Shown: positions 33,172 through 42,814, counted from the stretch's first letter. The stretch is 64,000 bases of DNA from Fidelibacterota bacterium (GCA_049975265.1 JBNGDF010000008.1:1-64000); one strand, 5' to 3'. Translations and numbers: made by a program. The notes: generated by a model from the sequence alone, not told the origin.

Positions 33172-33633
33172 ATGATGAAATTAGCAGAGGATATTCTTAA
33201 TGAAAAAGATCGTCCGATGATCTCCGTGCAGCAGACTACCATCCTCGTGGATGCTTTGAAAACAATGGCGAAGAATGATATTGGTGCGATTGTAATTAAA
33301 AAAGGCAAGGAGGTTGTCGGCATTTTCACGGAGCGGGACCTGTTAAAACTGGCGGCGGGGCGCAAATTCGATCCCGATTCCACTATTATTAAGGATGTTA
33401 TGACAACCGATCTTTTCAGTGCTCCCTATAACGACCCGATTTATCTGCTGCTGGATAAGATTCTGGGTAAGCGAATTCGTCATATATTAATCGAAAAAGA
33501 AGGTCGGTTTATCGGCATCCTGTCGGCGGGTGATGTGACCAAAGCCTGCCTGAATGAGCGCACCCGCGAAATGGATTCGATCATCTGGGATTATTACGAA
33601 AACTGGCGCTGGAAGCCTAAGAAAAAGTCCTGA
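33172..33633 (+). CDS. CBS-domain pair protein
   Basis: IGAIVI...VVGIFTERDLL, DVMT, RIRHI, GILSAGDV. Confidence 0.88.
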   Translation: MMKLAEDILNEKDRPMISVQQTTILVDALKTMAKNDIGAIVIKKGKEVVGIFTERDLLKLAAGRKFDPDSTIIKDVMTTDLFSAPYNDPIYLLLDKILGKRIRHILIEKEGRFIGILSAGDVTKACLNERTREMDSIIWDYYENWRWKPKKKS

Positions 33634-33635
33634 GT

Positions 33636-33809
33636 ATGGTGTTGAAAATTATCAGCCTTACGGTAGTTGTCATGCTGGTCTTCACGGCGGTAATGACGAT
33701 CGTTCTATTTGCAAAGAGGGATGGGCGACATTCCGGCTGTCATTACGACGGCGGGAGCTGTTCTGCTTGTAAAACCGGCAATACCGGCGACGATTGCAGG
33801 GTTTTGTAG
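33636..33809 (+). CDS. nqrM: NqrM-like (DUF539-like) small membrane protein with four Cys
   Basis: Not in the ORF track. 57 aa: MVLKIISLTVVVMLVFTAVMTIVLFAKRDGRHSGCHYDGGSCSACKTGNTGDDCRVL*. One TM helix followed by C-x6-C-x2-C-x8-C, at the end of the nqr operon. Confidence 0.65.
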   Translation: MVLKIISLTVVVMLVFTAVMTIVLFAKRDGRHSGCHYDGGSCSACKTGNTGDDCRVL

Positions 33810-34096
33810 CCAGTTCTGCATATTCTCTGAAGATCACACATTGCTCAGAGGATGGTCAGATTCCGGGAAAAATCAATCGCGGAAGCGGACTGCTTTCGGA
33901 AGAAGGCAGACAAATATGGTATATCGGAACTGAAATTCTTAAATTACCGGCGACCAATGGTGATTGATATATTGAATCAGAGAGATAACCGGGAAAATCC
34001 ATATATCCGCATTCCCTACGGAATGAACCGAATTTACACGATGAAGCGCATGCCTGTTCCCTGGAGCGATCTTCGTCCAAATGTGAGGAGTAACTG

Positions 34097-34894
34097 TTGA
34101 AAATCGTTGTACCCATCAAACAGGTTCCTGAGACCAGCAATGTCAAAATGGACCCCGCAACCGGTACCATGGTGCGTGAGGGAGTGGAATCGATCATTAA
34201 TCCGCTGGACCTGTATGCAATTGAAGAAGCTATTTTGTTAAAAGAGAAATATAACGCCGAGGTTATTGCCATTTCCATGGGACCGGCGAAAGCCGGCATG
34301 GCTCTGAAAGAGGCGATCGCCATGGGTTGTGATAACGGGATTTTGCTGAGTGACAAGGCATTCGCCGGTGCCGACACCTGGGCGACCTCCTATGTTCTCG
34401 CTCAGGCAATTAAAAAGATCGGTGATTTCGATCTGATTTTGTGCGGGGAGCGTGCCACTGACGGCGATACCGGACAGGTTGGTCCCGGCATTGCCGCCTG
34501 GCTGGATATTCCCTTCCACACCTACATCAGTGCGATCAAAGAGGTATACGCCGAATTTATGGTTATTGAGAGAATGGTGGAAACCGGATACGAAATCCTG
34601 GAGATTGATCGTCCCTGTTTACTGACGGTGGTCAAGGAGATTAACTATCCGCGTCTGCCCACACTGCGGGGCAAACAGAGAGCCCGGAAAATGCAGAGTG
34701 TAGTCTGGGGTCCCGCCGAGATTGAGGCAAGAGCGGAGTGTTTGGGACTGCAGGGTTCGCCGACCCGGGTTGTGAAAATATCCAAACCGCAGGTTACCCG
34801 GAATGGCAAAATCCTGCAACCGAAGGATGAGCAGCAGGTCGAGGAGGCGGTTGATCAGCTGCTGGCGTTTCTGGAAGAAAGAGAGATATTGTGA
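34097..34894 (+). CDS. etfB: Electron transfer flavoprotein beta subunit
   Basis: VPIKQVPET, INPLDLYAIEEA, FAGADTWATS, ATDGDTGQVGP. Confidence 0.95.
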   Translation: MKIVVPIKQVPETSNVKMDPATGTMVREGVESIINPLDLYAIEEAILLKEKYNAEVIAISMGPAKAGMALKEAIAMGCDNGILLSDKAFAGADTWATSYVLAQAIKKIGDFDLILCGERATDGDTGQVGPGIAAWLDIPFHTYISAIKEVYAEFMVIERMVETGYEILEIDRPCLLTVVKEINYPRLPTLRGKQRARKMQSVVWGPAEIEARAECLGLQGSPTRVVKISKPQVTRNGKILQPKDEQQVEEAVDQLLAFLEEREIL

Positions 34895-35931
34895 AAATAG
34901 CGGAGCTGGAAATGGCGTACGAGGGTGTTTGGGTTCTCGGAGAACAGGAGGAGGGGCGCATCAGACTGGTGTCTTACGAGCTGCTCAAACGGGGCCGTGA
35001 ACTTGCCGACAAACGACAGGTCGAATTGTGGGCGGTTGTTTTTGGTAAACGGATTGACAGACAGGATATAAAGGAGCTGTTCTATCGGGGTGCGGATAAG
35101 GTGCTTGTCGCCGAACACCCGGAATTGGAGCATTTTTTACCGGAACCATATACCAGCTGCCTGAACCACCTGATTCAAAAGTACAAGCCCGAAATTCTGA
35201 TCGCCAGCGCTACCACCACCGGTCGGACGGTGGCACCGGCGGTCGCCATCACCTGCAATACCGGTCTGACCGCCGATTGTACGGGACTGGATATTGAGCC
35301 AGAGACCGGCAATCTGATCCAGACCCGACCGGCTATCGGCGGGAATGTTCTGGCAACCATCAAGACACCCAATCACCGACCGCAGATGGCAACGGTCCGC
35401 CCGCATTCCAACAAACCGCTGGAGGCGGACCTCTCCCGCAACGGTGAGGTCATTTATGAAAAAATTGATAACGATCTGGTAAAAAGCCGGGTGCGACGGC
35501 GTGATTTCAGACCGATTGGGGAAGAAGGCAGCAATATTCAGGATGCTGAAATTGTGATCGCCGGCGGAAAGGGATTCAAGAAGGAAGAAAATTTTAATAT
35601 GGTATCCCAGCTGGCGGTTGCGTTCAAGGGGGCGATCGGAGCGACCCGTGACGCGGTGGATCTGGGGTGGGTAACCTACCCCCATCAGGTCGGTCTGAGT
35701 GGGAAAACGGTGAGTCCCAAGCTGTATATTGCCATCGGGATTTCCGGCTCCGTTCAACACCTGGCTGGGATAAAAACCGCCGAAAACATCATAGCGATCA
35801 ATAACGATCCCGATGCCCAGATATTTCAGGTGGCGGATTTCGGAATTGTCGCCGACCTGTTTGAGGTGCTGCCGGTTTTACAGGAGAGGATACATCAGCG
35901 AATTAAGAGCAAATGTAACATTCAAGACTGA
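34891..35931 (+). CDS. etfA: Electron transfer flavoprotein alpha subunit
   Basis: GLTADCT, RPQMATVRP, QVGLSGKTVSPKLYIAIGISGSVQH. Confidence 0.95.
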   Translation: MKIAELEMAYEGVWVLGEQEEGRIRLVSYELLKRGRELADKRQVELWAVVFGKRIDRQDIKELFYRGADKVLVAEHPELEHFLPEPYTSCLNHLIQKYKPEILIASATTTGRTVAPAVAITCNTGLTADCTGLDIEPETGNLIQTRPAIGGNVLATIKTPNHRPQMATVRPHSNKPLEADLSRNGEVIYEKIDNDLVKSRVRRRDFRPIGEEGSNIQDAEIVIAGGKGFKKEENFNMVSQLAVAFKGAIGATRDAVDLGWVTYPHQVGLSGKTVSPKLYIAIGISGSVQHLAGIKTAENIIAINNDPDAQIFQVADFGIVADLFEVLPVLQERIHQRIKSKCNIQD

Positions 35932-35943
35932 CGCGGAGGATTA

Positions 35944-37371
35944 GTGTCAACTTATCAATATAGTGTCGTTACGCCTGAAATCATCGCCGAATTAGAAAAG
36001 ATTCTCGGTAAGAAGTGGGTGATTTCCGGGGATAAGGATAAACTCGAACCCTATTCCCATGATGAGGTCGCCGAGAAGAGCTATGCCCACATGCCGGAGG
36101 TGGTCATTAAACCGCGCACCGCTGCCGAAATTGCCGCCGTGATGAAACTGGCAAACCGGGCAAAAATTCCGGTCACACCACGGGGTGCCGGCAGCGGACT
36201 GTCGGGAGGAGCGGTGCCGCTTTATGGTGGCATTCTTGTGTCCTTTGAGCGGATGAATGAAATTCTGGAGATTGATCAAGACAATCTGGTCATTGTGGTG
36301 GAACCGGGTGTAGTGACCAACGATATTAACACCAAACTGCAGGATGATGGACTCTGGTTTGCCGGGTATCCGATGAGTGTGGAGAGCTGCTTCATCGGTG
36401 GCAATGTCGCCGAGGATGCCGGTGGCGGCAAGGCGGTCAAATACGGTGTCACCAGCCGCTATATTCTGGGGCTGGAGGTGGTCACGCCGGAGGGAGAGAT
36501 TCTGCATCTGGGCGGAAAAAACGTCAAGGATGTTGTCGGGTACAACCTTTTGAAGCTAATGATCGGCTCCGAAGGGACTCTGGGCATTTTTACCAAAATC
36601 ATTATTAAACTGATGCCGCTGCCCACTGAAGCCGTGGACCTGCTGGTGCTCTTTAAGGATATCGACAGCGCGATTCGAATGGTGCCGATTATTATGACTT
36701 TCGGCAGGATCATCCCCACCGCCGTTGAATTTATGGACAAATTGTCTTTCCAGACCTCTTGCAAATACCTTAATGAGCACATGCCCTACGAACAGGCTGG
36801 CGCCATGCTCCTGATTGAAGTGGATGGCAATCATATCGAACAGCTGGAAAAGGAGTATGAAACAATCGGCGAACTCTGTCTGGAGCATGGTGCGCTGGAG
36901 GTTTATGTCGCTGATAATCACACTACCCGGGAACGGGTCTGGAAAATCCGCCGCAATATCGCCGAAGCCTTCATGGTCTATTCACCCGTGCAGAGCCTTG
37001 AAGATATCGTTGTTCCGGTTGGAAATATTGCTAAAATCCTACCGGAAATTGAAAACATCGGCGAGAAATATGATGTACTAATTCCCTGCTATGGTCATGC
37101 CGGAGATGGCAATCTGCACGCAACTCCGGTGAAAAAACCGGAAATGACTATCGAAAAATGGAACCGCGTTTTACCGCAACTGCTGCTGGAAATCTATCAG
37201 CGGACCAGAGCCTATGGCGGAAAAATCAGCGGCGAGCATGGTATCGGGCATAAGCGCAAAAAGTACCTCGGTGAATCCCTGGAAGCGGTTGCCATTGATC
37301 TGATGAAAAGAATTAAAAAGTCCTTTGATCCAAACTACATTCTGAACCCGGGGAAAATTTTCGACCTGTAA
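35944..37371 (+). CDS. FAD-linked 2-hydroxyacid dehydrogenase (GlcD/LctD-like lactate/glycolate dehydrogenase)
   Basis: PRGAGSGLSGG, IGGNVAEDAGG, GSEGTLG, GHAGDGNLH, SGEHGIG. Confidence 0.88.
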   Translation: MSTYQYSVVTPEIIAELEKILGKKWVISGDKDKLEPYSHDEVAEKSYAHMPEVVIKPRTAAEIAAVMKLANRAKIPVTPRGAGSGLSGGAVPLYGGILVSFERMNEILEIDQDNLVIVVEPGVVTNDINTKLQDDGLWFAGYPMSVESCFIGGNVAEDAGGGKAVKYGVTSRYILGLEVVTPEGEILHLGGKNVKDVVGYNLLKLMIGSEGTLGIFTKIIIKLMPLPTEAVDLLVLFKDIDSAIRMVPIIMTFGRIIPTAVEFMDKLSFQTSCKYLNEHMPYEQAGAMLLIEVDGNHIEQLEKEYETIGELCLEHGALEVYVADNHTTRERVWKIRRNIAEAFMVYSPVQSLEDIVVPVGNIAKILPEIENIGEKYDVLIPCYGHAGDGNLHATPVKKPEMTIEKWNRVLPQLLLEIYQRTRAYGGKISGEHGIGHKRKKYLGESLEAVAIDLMKRIKKSFDPNYILNPGKIFDL

Positions 37372-37430
37372 ATCTGATCTTAAAATGAACCAGCGGGATG
37401 CAACAGGGTACGGCTCTCGGATGCGCAGGG

Positions 37431-38384
37431 CTAATTGACCCGGTTGACGGGCGTACCGTCAAGAAATGCCCGGACATTCTGTACCACGGTTTTCATCAAG
37501 CGGGCTCGCGCTGCTCGGGTCGCCCAGGCGATATGGGGCGTGATGTAGCAGTTTTTTGCCGACAGCAGCGGATTGTCCGGTGCCGGCGGTTCGGTGGAGA
37601 GAACATCCAGCCCGGCGCCGGCGATATTTTCGCTGTTCAGTGCCTCAGCCAGGGCGGCTTCATCAATGAGCTGACCGCGGCTGGTGTTGATTAAAAAAGC
37701 CGTTGATTTCATTAACCTGAGCTGTTTTTTGCTGATCAATCCTTCCGTTTCCGGTGTCAGTGGACAGTGCAGTGTGATAATATCGCTTTCCCTGAACAGT
37801 CTATCGAGAGTGACGTTCCGATAGTCGGAATCAATCTGGTCCGGTGGATTGATATCGTAATAAATAATGTTCATACCGAAGGCTTGCCCCAGAGTGGCGA
37901 CCTGCCGCCCAATGCGACCAAAGCCGACAATGCCAAGCGTCTGGCTTTGCAATTCCACCAATGGAAATTTCCAATAGCAGAAATCCGGAGATTGAGACCA
38001 TTCTCCGTTTTTTACGGATAGTGAATGTCCTCCCACATGCTGACAGAGATTGAGAATATGGGCGAAAGCCATCTGAGCCACGGACAGCGTACTGTAAGCC
38101 GGCACATTTGTAACGACGATGTTTCGATCTGCGGCGGTCTGAATGTCAACTACGTTATAGCCGGTGGAACAGAGACCGATATATTTTAATTTCGGCAGCC
38201 GGTCAATTTCCGATTTGCCGATGACGACTTTATTGATAATGAGAATCTCGGCGGCATACGCTCGTGTGATAACTTCTGCCGGACTGGTGCGATCATACAT
38301 GACGCAATCCCCCAGTTTTTCCAGTTCAGCCCAGCTCAGATCGCCGGGATTGAGGGTATGACCATCGAGTACGACGATATGCAT
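37431..38384 (-). CDS. NAD-dependent D-2-hydroxyacid dehydrogenase (glycerate dehydrogenase/hydroxypyruvate reductase-like)
   Basis: LDGHTLNPGDLSW, GIVGFGRIG, LHCPLT, INTSRG, DVLSTEPP, TPHIAW. Confidence 0.9.
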   Translation of the reverse strand: MHIVVLDGHTLNPGDLSWAELEKLGDCVMYDRTSPAEVITRAYAAEILIINKVVIGKSEIDRLPKLKYIGLCSTGYNVVDIQTAADRNIVVTNVPAYSTLSVAQMAFAHILNLCQHVGGHSLSVKNGEWSQSPDFCYWKFPLVELQSQTLGIVGFGRIGRQVATLGQAFGMNIIYYDINPPDQIDSDYRNVTLDRLFRESDIITLHCPLTPETEGLISKKQLRLMKSTAFLINTSRGQLIDEAALAEALNSENIAGAGLDVLSTEPPAPDNPLLSAKNCYITPHIAWATRAARARLMKTVVQNVRAFLDGTPVNRVN

Positions 38385-38532
38385 CGTTTTTCCTCCGTTT
38401 GGATGGTTTCTTATCAGGATTCAGGTAGTTGTCAACTATCCCGATCATGAATGGCAAGGAGCTCTGAAAAAATTTACACTTTCCCGCGGGAATGCGAAAT
38501 CATTTTATTGTTGCTGATAATAATGTTGAGAT

Positions 38533-39162
38533 TTACGCCGATGCGCCGATAATATTTTCGACGATTTTGACAGCCTCGTTGGCATCGCGACCGTAGGCGT
38601 GGGCGCCGATGGAATCGGCGTATTTCTGAGTTACCGGGGCACCGCCGATAACGACCTTGACTTCGGGAGTATCTTTAAAATGTTTGACCACCTCTTCCAT
38701 ATAGGTCATGGTGGTGGTCAGCAGAGCACTGCACATGACGATTTTAACGCCGGCATTGACGGCTTCGGTATATTTATCAATGCTGCAATTGGTGCCCAGG
38801 TCGAGTACTTCGTAGCCGGCACCTTTCAGCATAATCGCCACCAGGTTTTTGCCGATGTCGTGCAGATCGCCCTTAACGGTACCCACGGCGATTTTTCCCC
38901 GGGGCTTGTGGTTGGATTGGGCTAACACCGGTTCGATAATGCTCAAACCAGCCTGCATTGCCCGGGCGGCGATCAGCATTTCGGGAACATAGACCTCGTT
39001 GCGGGAAAAGCGTTCTCCGATCTCGCGCATCGCCGGGATCATCGATTCGTCCAGCAGTTCGGTGACGTTCTGTTCCTGGTCGATGGCACTCTGCATGATG
39101 GTCTGAACGGTATTGCGATCGCCTTTTACAATTGCATTAAAAAGTTCTTCGTTGCGTGCCAT
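38533..39162 (-). CDS. Corrinoid (B12-binding) methyltransferase protein, MtaC/MtbC-like
   Basis: Cap domain (EVYVPEML) plus GDLHDIGKNLV (DxHxxG), SALLTTT, IGGAP. Confidence 0.93.
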   Translation of the reverse strand: MARNEELFNAIVKGDRNTVQTIMQSAIDQEQNVTELLDESMIPAMREIGERFSRNEVYVPEMLIAARAMQAGLSIIEPVLAQSNHKPRGKIAVGTVKGDLHDIGKNLVAIMLKGAGYEVLDLGTNCSIDKYTEAVNAGVKIVMCSALLTTTMTYMEEVVKHFKDTPEVKVVIGGAPVTQKYADSIGAHAYGRDANEAVKIVENIIGASA

Positions 39163-39212
39163 AGGTTCTCCTGTTTTGTTGCTAAATTTAATGAAGTCTG
39201 GTCATTATCAAA

Positions 39213-40250
39213 CTATTTTCCGCCGGAAATACGATAATTCCGCCCCGCCTGCATAAAGGCTTCGATGTTTTTTTCCGGTGTGTTTTTCGGCAAATCGCAG
39301 CCGGTGCTGAGGATAAAATTTGGATACGAATCGACGGATTTCAGCAGCTCACTTACCTCCGCTGCCACTTCCACCGGTGAGCCGGTCAGGATCTTACCCA
39401 CGGGATTGAGATTGCCCATTACCAGCACATCTTTGGGTACCTTTGGCATAATTTTGGGTAAATCCATGCCGGAATCAGGTGAATCGAGACTCAGACCATT
39501 GACGCCGCTTTTCACCATGTTTCCGATCAGATGCATGGTGTTGCCGCAAACATGGTAAACCGAAACGACCCCTTTCCAGCGGCACAGATCAGCCAATTCT
39601 TTAACATAATTTCCGGAAAATTCCTGGAAATGGTCCGGACCCAGCATCGAGGCGCTGGGCTCCAGTACGCAGATGACCTCGGCGCCGTGATCCATGAGAA
39701 GCCGGGCGTAATCGTTGATGATTTTCATGCAATATTCGGTAAGGACATGCAGCCCTTTGGGTTCCAGGATAATGGACTGGGCGGCTTCCTGAGCACCGAG
39801 AATCAGAGCCGCCAGGGTATAGGGACCGGTGACATAGGCGCCTTTGAAAATGGTATCGTCACTGCTGTTCTGAAGAAGTTCTACGACTTTGGCATAGCCC
39901 AAAGCGCGGGTGTCGGCGGCGATGTCAATTTTCGGCAGCATGTCCACATGATCGAGATGGAAGGCGACATGCGGCACCGTAGCGGTATCGTCAATCGGGA
40001 AAAGGGTGTAGCGCCCGATGGCATTGGCTTCCACAGACAGGTCCATGAGTGGAAATATCATGTCAGGTCCGAAGCGATGGATCAGAGCCGCCAATGCCGA
40101 CTGATGGACCCGGTAATTTTGCTGACCCAGCTTGATCGTACTGTTGATCATTTTCAAACCGGGCATGCCCACCAGGGGAGCCACAAGTCGCTGTCGGTTT
40201 TCATAGGCACGCTGAACCCGTGACATCAGTTTTGAATTCTGCATGTTCAT
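39213..40250 (-). CDS. Uroporphyrinogen decarboxylase-fold methyltransferase (MtaA/CmuA-like)
   Basis: DLSVEA, GPYTLA, Zn-type YHVCG (HxC) and LSTGCD, MGNLNP. Confidence 0.82.
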   Translation of the reverse strand: MNMQNSKLMSRVQRAYENRQRLVAPLVGMPGLKMINSTIKLGQQNYRVHQSALAALIHRFGPDMIFPLMDLSVEANAIGRYTLFPIDDTATVPHVAFHLDHVDMLPKIDIAADTRALGYAKVVELLQNSSDDTIFKGAYVTGPYTLAALILGAQEAAQSIILEPKGLHVLTEYCMKIINDYARLLMDHGAEVICVLEPSASMLGPDHFQEFSGNYVKELADLCRWKGVVSVYHVCGNTMHLIGNMVKSGVNGLSLDSPDSGMDLPKIMPKVPKDVLVMGNLNPVGKILTGSPVEVAAEVSELLKSVDSYPNFILSTGCDLPKNTPEKNIEAFMQAGRNYRISGGK

Positions 40251-40381
40251 CTTCCTGGTCCTTTGTCCCTGCTTCTGTTTTTAATGATCAAATAAAATCC
40301 TTTATATTTGCATATAAGATAAAGTCTGTTATCGTTAATAAATAGTTTTATTTTGTCAAAATATTGCTGTATATTATCATC

Positions 40382-41311
40382 ATGAATGCCATTGCGCTGA
40401 CCCAGAGTGGATTTATCTCTTTCCCGGCGGGCGCCAATATTACCTTTCATCGGCTTGCCTGGGAGTCGGGACGACGATCCTTCAGCATGAATGCCGGTCC
40501 CGATGTCCGCTATCATACGCTGGTCAGCGATGCGACAGCCCTGCACACCCACGAATTCGCCGAATTTTTTCTGATCATCAGCGGGAAGATCAGACACATT
40601 ATCAACGGTGAACATCAACCGCTGGATGCGGGCACTTTGGTGTTCATTCGACCGACGGACATTCACGGTTTTGAGCAGCGTGACGAAGCCGCTTGTGAAC
40701 TGGTCAATGTGGCGTTTAAACTGGAGTTCCTGCGCGACCTGAGCAATTATCTGGGCAATGATTTTTTCCTACGCCGCTATACGGGACCGGTGACGTCGCC
40801 GGTTTTTAAACTGTCTCTTGCCGAAACGGATACGCTGGCTACCCAATTGATTCGGATGAATCTGCTGCAAAGTACCGCCCAGGATGTTGCCCGTTTAAAA
40901 ATCAAGGTGCTGATCGCCGAGCTTTTCACCCGTTTTTTTCTGGATAATGAGTCCTCCGGCACCGGTCGTGATCACCCGGAGTGGTTCGAGCAGCTGATTG
41001 TGGAGATGGGAAAACAGGAAAATCTGTACGGCGGTCTGGTACGGATGAAGGCATTGGCGCCGTGCACTCAGGAACATTTGTGCAAGTGTTTTCGGAAATA
41101 CCTGGATAAAACCCCCACCCAGTTTATTAACGAGTTGCGGATCAAGCGAGCCGCCAAGCAGATTGTCGAGACCGAGGAAAAGATCCTTTCCATTGCCCTG
41201 GATCTGGGATTTGTCAGTCTCAGTCGTTTCCACAATCTGTTTAAAAAATATTACGGCATCCCGCCGGCAAGGTACCGTCTGATGAGTCGCCGGAATGATA
41301 TCCCGATTTGA
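40382..41311 (+). CDS. AraC family regulator with cupin sensor domain
   Basis: LHTHEFAEFF...IRPTDIHGF; C-terminal EHLCKCFRK..., LGFVSLSRFHNLFKK. Confidence 0.9.
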   Translation: MNAIALTQSGFISFPAGANITFHRLAWESGRRSFSMNAGPDVRYHTLVSDATALHTHEFAEFFLIISGKIRHIINGEHQPLDAGTLVFIRPTDIHGFEQRDEAACELVNVAFKLEFLRDLSNYLGNDFFLRRYTGPVTSPVFKLSLAETDTLATQLIRMNLLQSTAQDVARLKIKVLIAELFTRFFLDNESSGTGRDHPEWFEQLIVEMGKQENLYGGLVRMKALAPCTQEHLCKCFRKYLDKTPTQFINELRIKRAAKQIVETEEKILSIALDLGFVSLSRFHNLFKKYYGIPPARYRLMSRRNDIPI

Positions 41312-41356
41312 GTGAAAAGAACGGTTGCAAAACCGGATTCGGGTTTGTAAATTTAT

Positions 41357-41378
41357 ATTTGTAAGATGTATGACAAAT
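41357..41378 (+). promoter_or_regulatory. Putative GntR-family operator
   Basis: Imperfect palindrome ATTTGT-aagatgtatg-ACAAAT just upstream of the gntR gene (GT...AC core). Confidence 0.5.
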
Positions 41379-41395
41379 TTAAGCGGACCTAAGAG

Positions 41396-42142
41396 ATGAC
41401 AGCCCTCTTCCGGAAAATTGGCAACTCGCAAACCTTAAGTCAGGAAATCGTTGCGAAGATCGAGGCGGTTATCCGGCAAAAAAAGGTTCTCCCCGCTGAA
41501 AAATTGCCGACCGAGAAGGAGCTGTGCCACATGTTCGGGGTCAGCCGGACCGCCTTGCGGGAAGCGCTGCAGATGCTCAGTGCCCGGGGGCTGATCAGCA
41601 TTCGAAAGGGTAGCGGGATTTATGTCAACGACTATTCCTCAATGCATGTGATTGAGCCGATGAACCTCTTTCTTGAATTGAAGCTGGACCGTGATTATAT
41701 CCTGTATGTCATGGAGGTTCGCAAGATGTTCGAGCCGACGATCGCCCGGCTGGCGGCGCTTAACAGGAACGCCGATGATCTGCGCAAACTTGCCCTGAAT
41801 CTGCAGAAGCTGCAGCAGTCTCCGCCGGAGGATTATATCAAACAGGGACAGATTGATCGGGATTTTCATCTGATCATTGCCAATGCCTGCCGGAACCCGA
41901 TCATACCGCTCATGGTGACACCGATTTTTCAACTGATGCCGAAAATCCGTTCGCTGGTGTATGCCAATGTGACATCTGCCCAGGATGAAGCGATCGATTA
42001 TCATCAGAGAATTGCATTGAAAATCCGTGACCGGGACCCGGAAGGCGCCTATCAGGCGATGGTGGCGCATCTGCAACGCGCCGAAAGTCATTCGAAAGAG
42101 ATATTATCCGCAGCTGATTTAAAATTACAGGAGCTATCGTGA
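41396..42142 (+). CDS. GntR/FadR family regulator (UxuR/ExuR-like context)
   Basis: LPTEKEL...FGVSRTALREAL, RKGSGIYV, DRDFH FCD domain. Confidence 0.92.
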   Translation: MTALFRKIGNSQTLSQEIVAKIEAVIRQKKVLPAEKLPTEKELCHMFGVSRTALREALQMLSARGLISIRKGSGIYVNDYSSMHVIEPMNLFLELKLDRDYILYVMEVRKMFEPTIARLAALNRNADDLRKLALNLQKLQQSPPEDYIKQGQIDRDFHLIIANACRNPIIPLMVTPIFQLMPKIRSLVYANVTSAQDEAIDYHQRIALKIRDRDPEGAYQAMVAHLQRAESHSKEILSAADLKLQELS

Positions 42143-42789
42143 AACGGGCAATCATTCAGGAAACATTGGAACGGTCGGGTATCATGGCAGTGATTCGACT
42201 GAGGAATGCCGATAAGCTGACCGAGATAATCGACGCCCTGATCAACGGAGGAATTCGGGCGTTGGAAATCACCATGACGACACCGAATGCGGTTGAGATT
42301 ATCCGTGACACCAGTCAAAATCTCTCTGCGGATTTTATTATAGGGGCGGGAACGGTTCTCAACGCGGAAGCGGCGGAGGCGGTCATCCAGGCGGGTGCTC
42401 AGTTTGTGGTCAGCCCGGTATTCAAACCGGAAATCATCTCAGTGGCGCATAAGCATGACAAAGTCGCCATTCCCGGTGCCTTCAGTGCGACGGAAATCCT
42501 GGTTGCCTGGGAGAGCGGCGCCGATATGGTAAAGGTTTTCCCGGCGACCGTTCTAGGACCGCGCTATTTCAAGGATATACACGGACCTCTGCCGCAGGTA
42601 AAATTGACACCCACCGGCGGCGTATCGCTGAGCAATGCCGAAGAGTTTATCCGTTGCGGGGCGGTCTGTCTGGGGGTGGGCAGTGCCTTGCTGGATAAGG
42701 ATCTCATCTGGGGTCAGAATTGGGCGGCTTTGACGGAAAAAGCCCGTCAGTTCAGGGCGGCGGTAGAGAAAGGAAGAGCGCTAAAATGA
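42139..42789 (+). CDS. eda: KDPG/KHG aldolase
   Basis: LEITMTTP, IGAGTVL, FVVSP, VKVFPA, PTGGV. Confidence 0.95.
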   Translation: MKRAIIQETLERSGIMAVIRLRNADKLTEIIDALINGGIRALEITMTTPNAVEIIRDTSQNLSADFIIGAGTVLNAEAAEAVIQAGAQFVVSPVFKPEIISVAHKHDKVAIPGAFSATEILVAWESGADMVKVFPATVLGPRYFKDIHGPLPQVKLTPTGGVSLSNAEEFIRCGAVCLGVGSALLDKDLIWGQNWAALTEKARQFRAAVEKGRALK

Positions 42790-42814
42790 ATTTATTGAAA
42801 TGGAGATGGTCCCA

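Noticed and set aside
33810..34096. 82-aa ORF (33852..34100) and small hairpins (ctctga/tcagag; ctgctttc-ggaa-gaaggcag) upstream of etfB as a riboswitch
   Set aside because: No recognisable protein or riboswitch consensus; an Rfam/Infernal search would be needed
39213..40250. hemE (heme biosynthesis)
   Set aside because: Lacks the N-terminal RQAGR motif, has HxC/GC Zn ligands and is paired with a corrinoid protein
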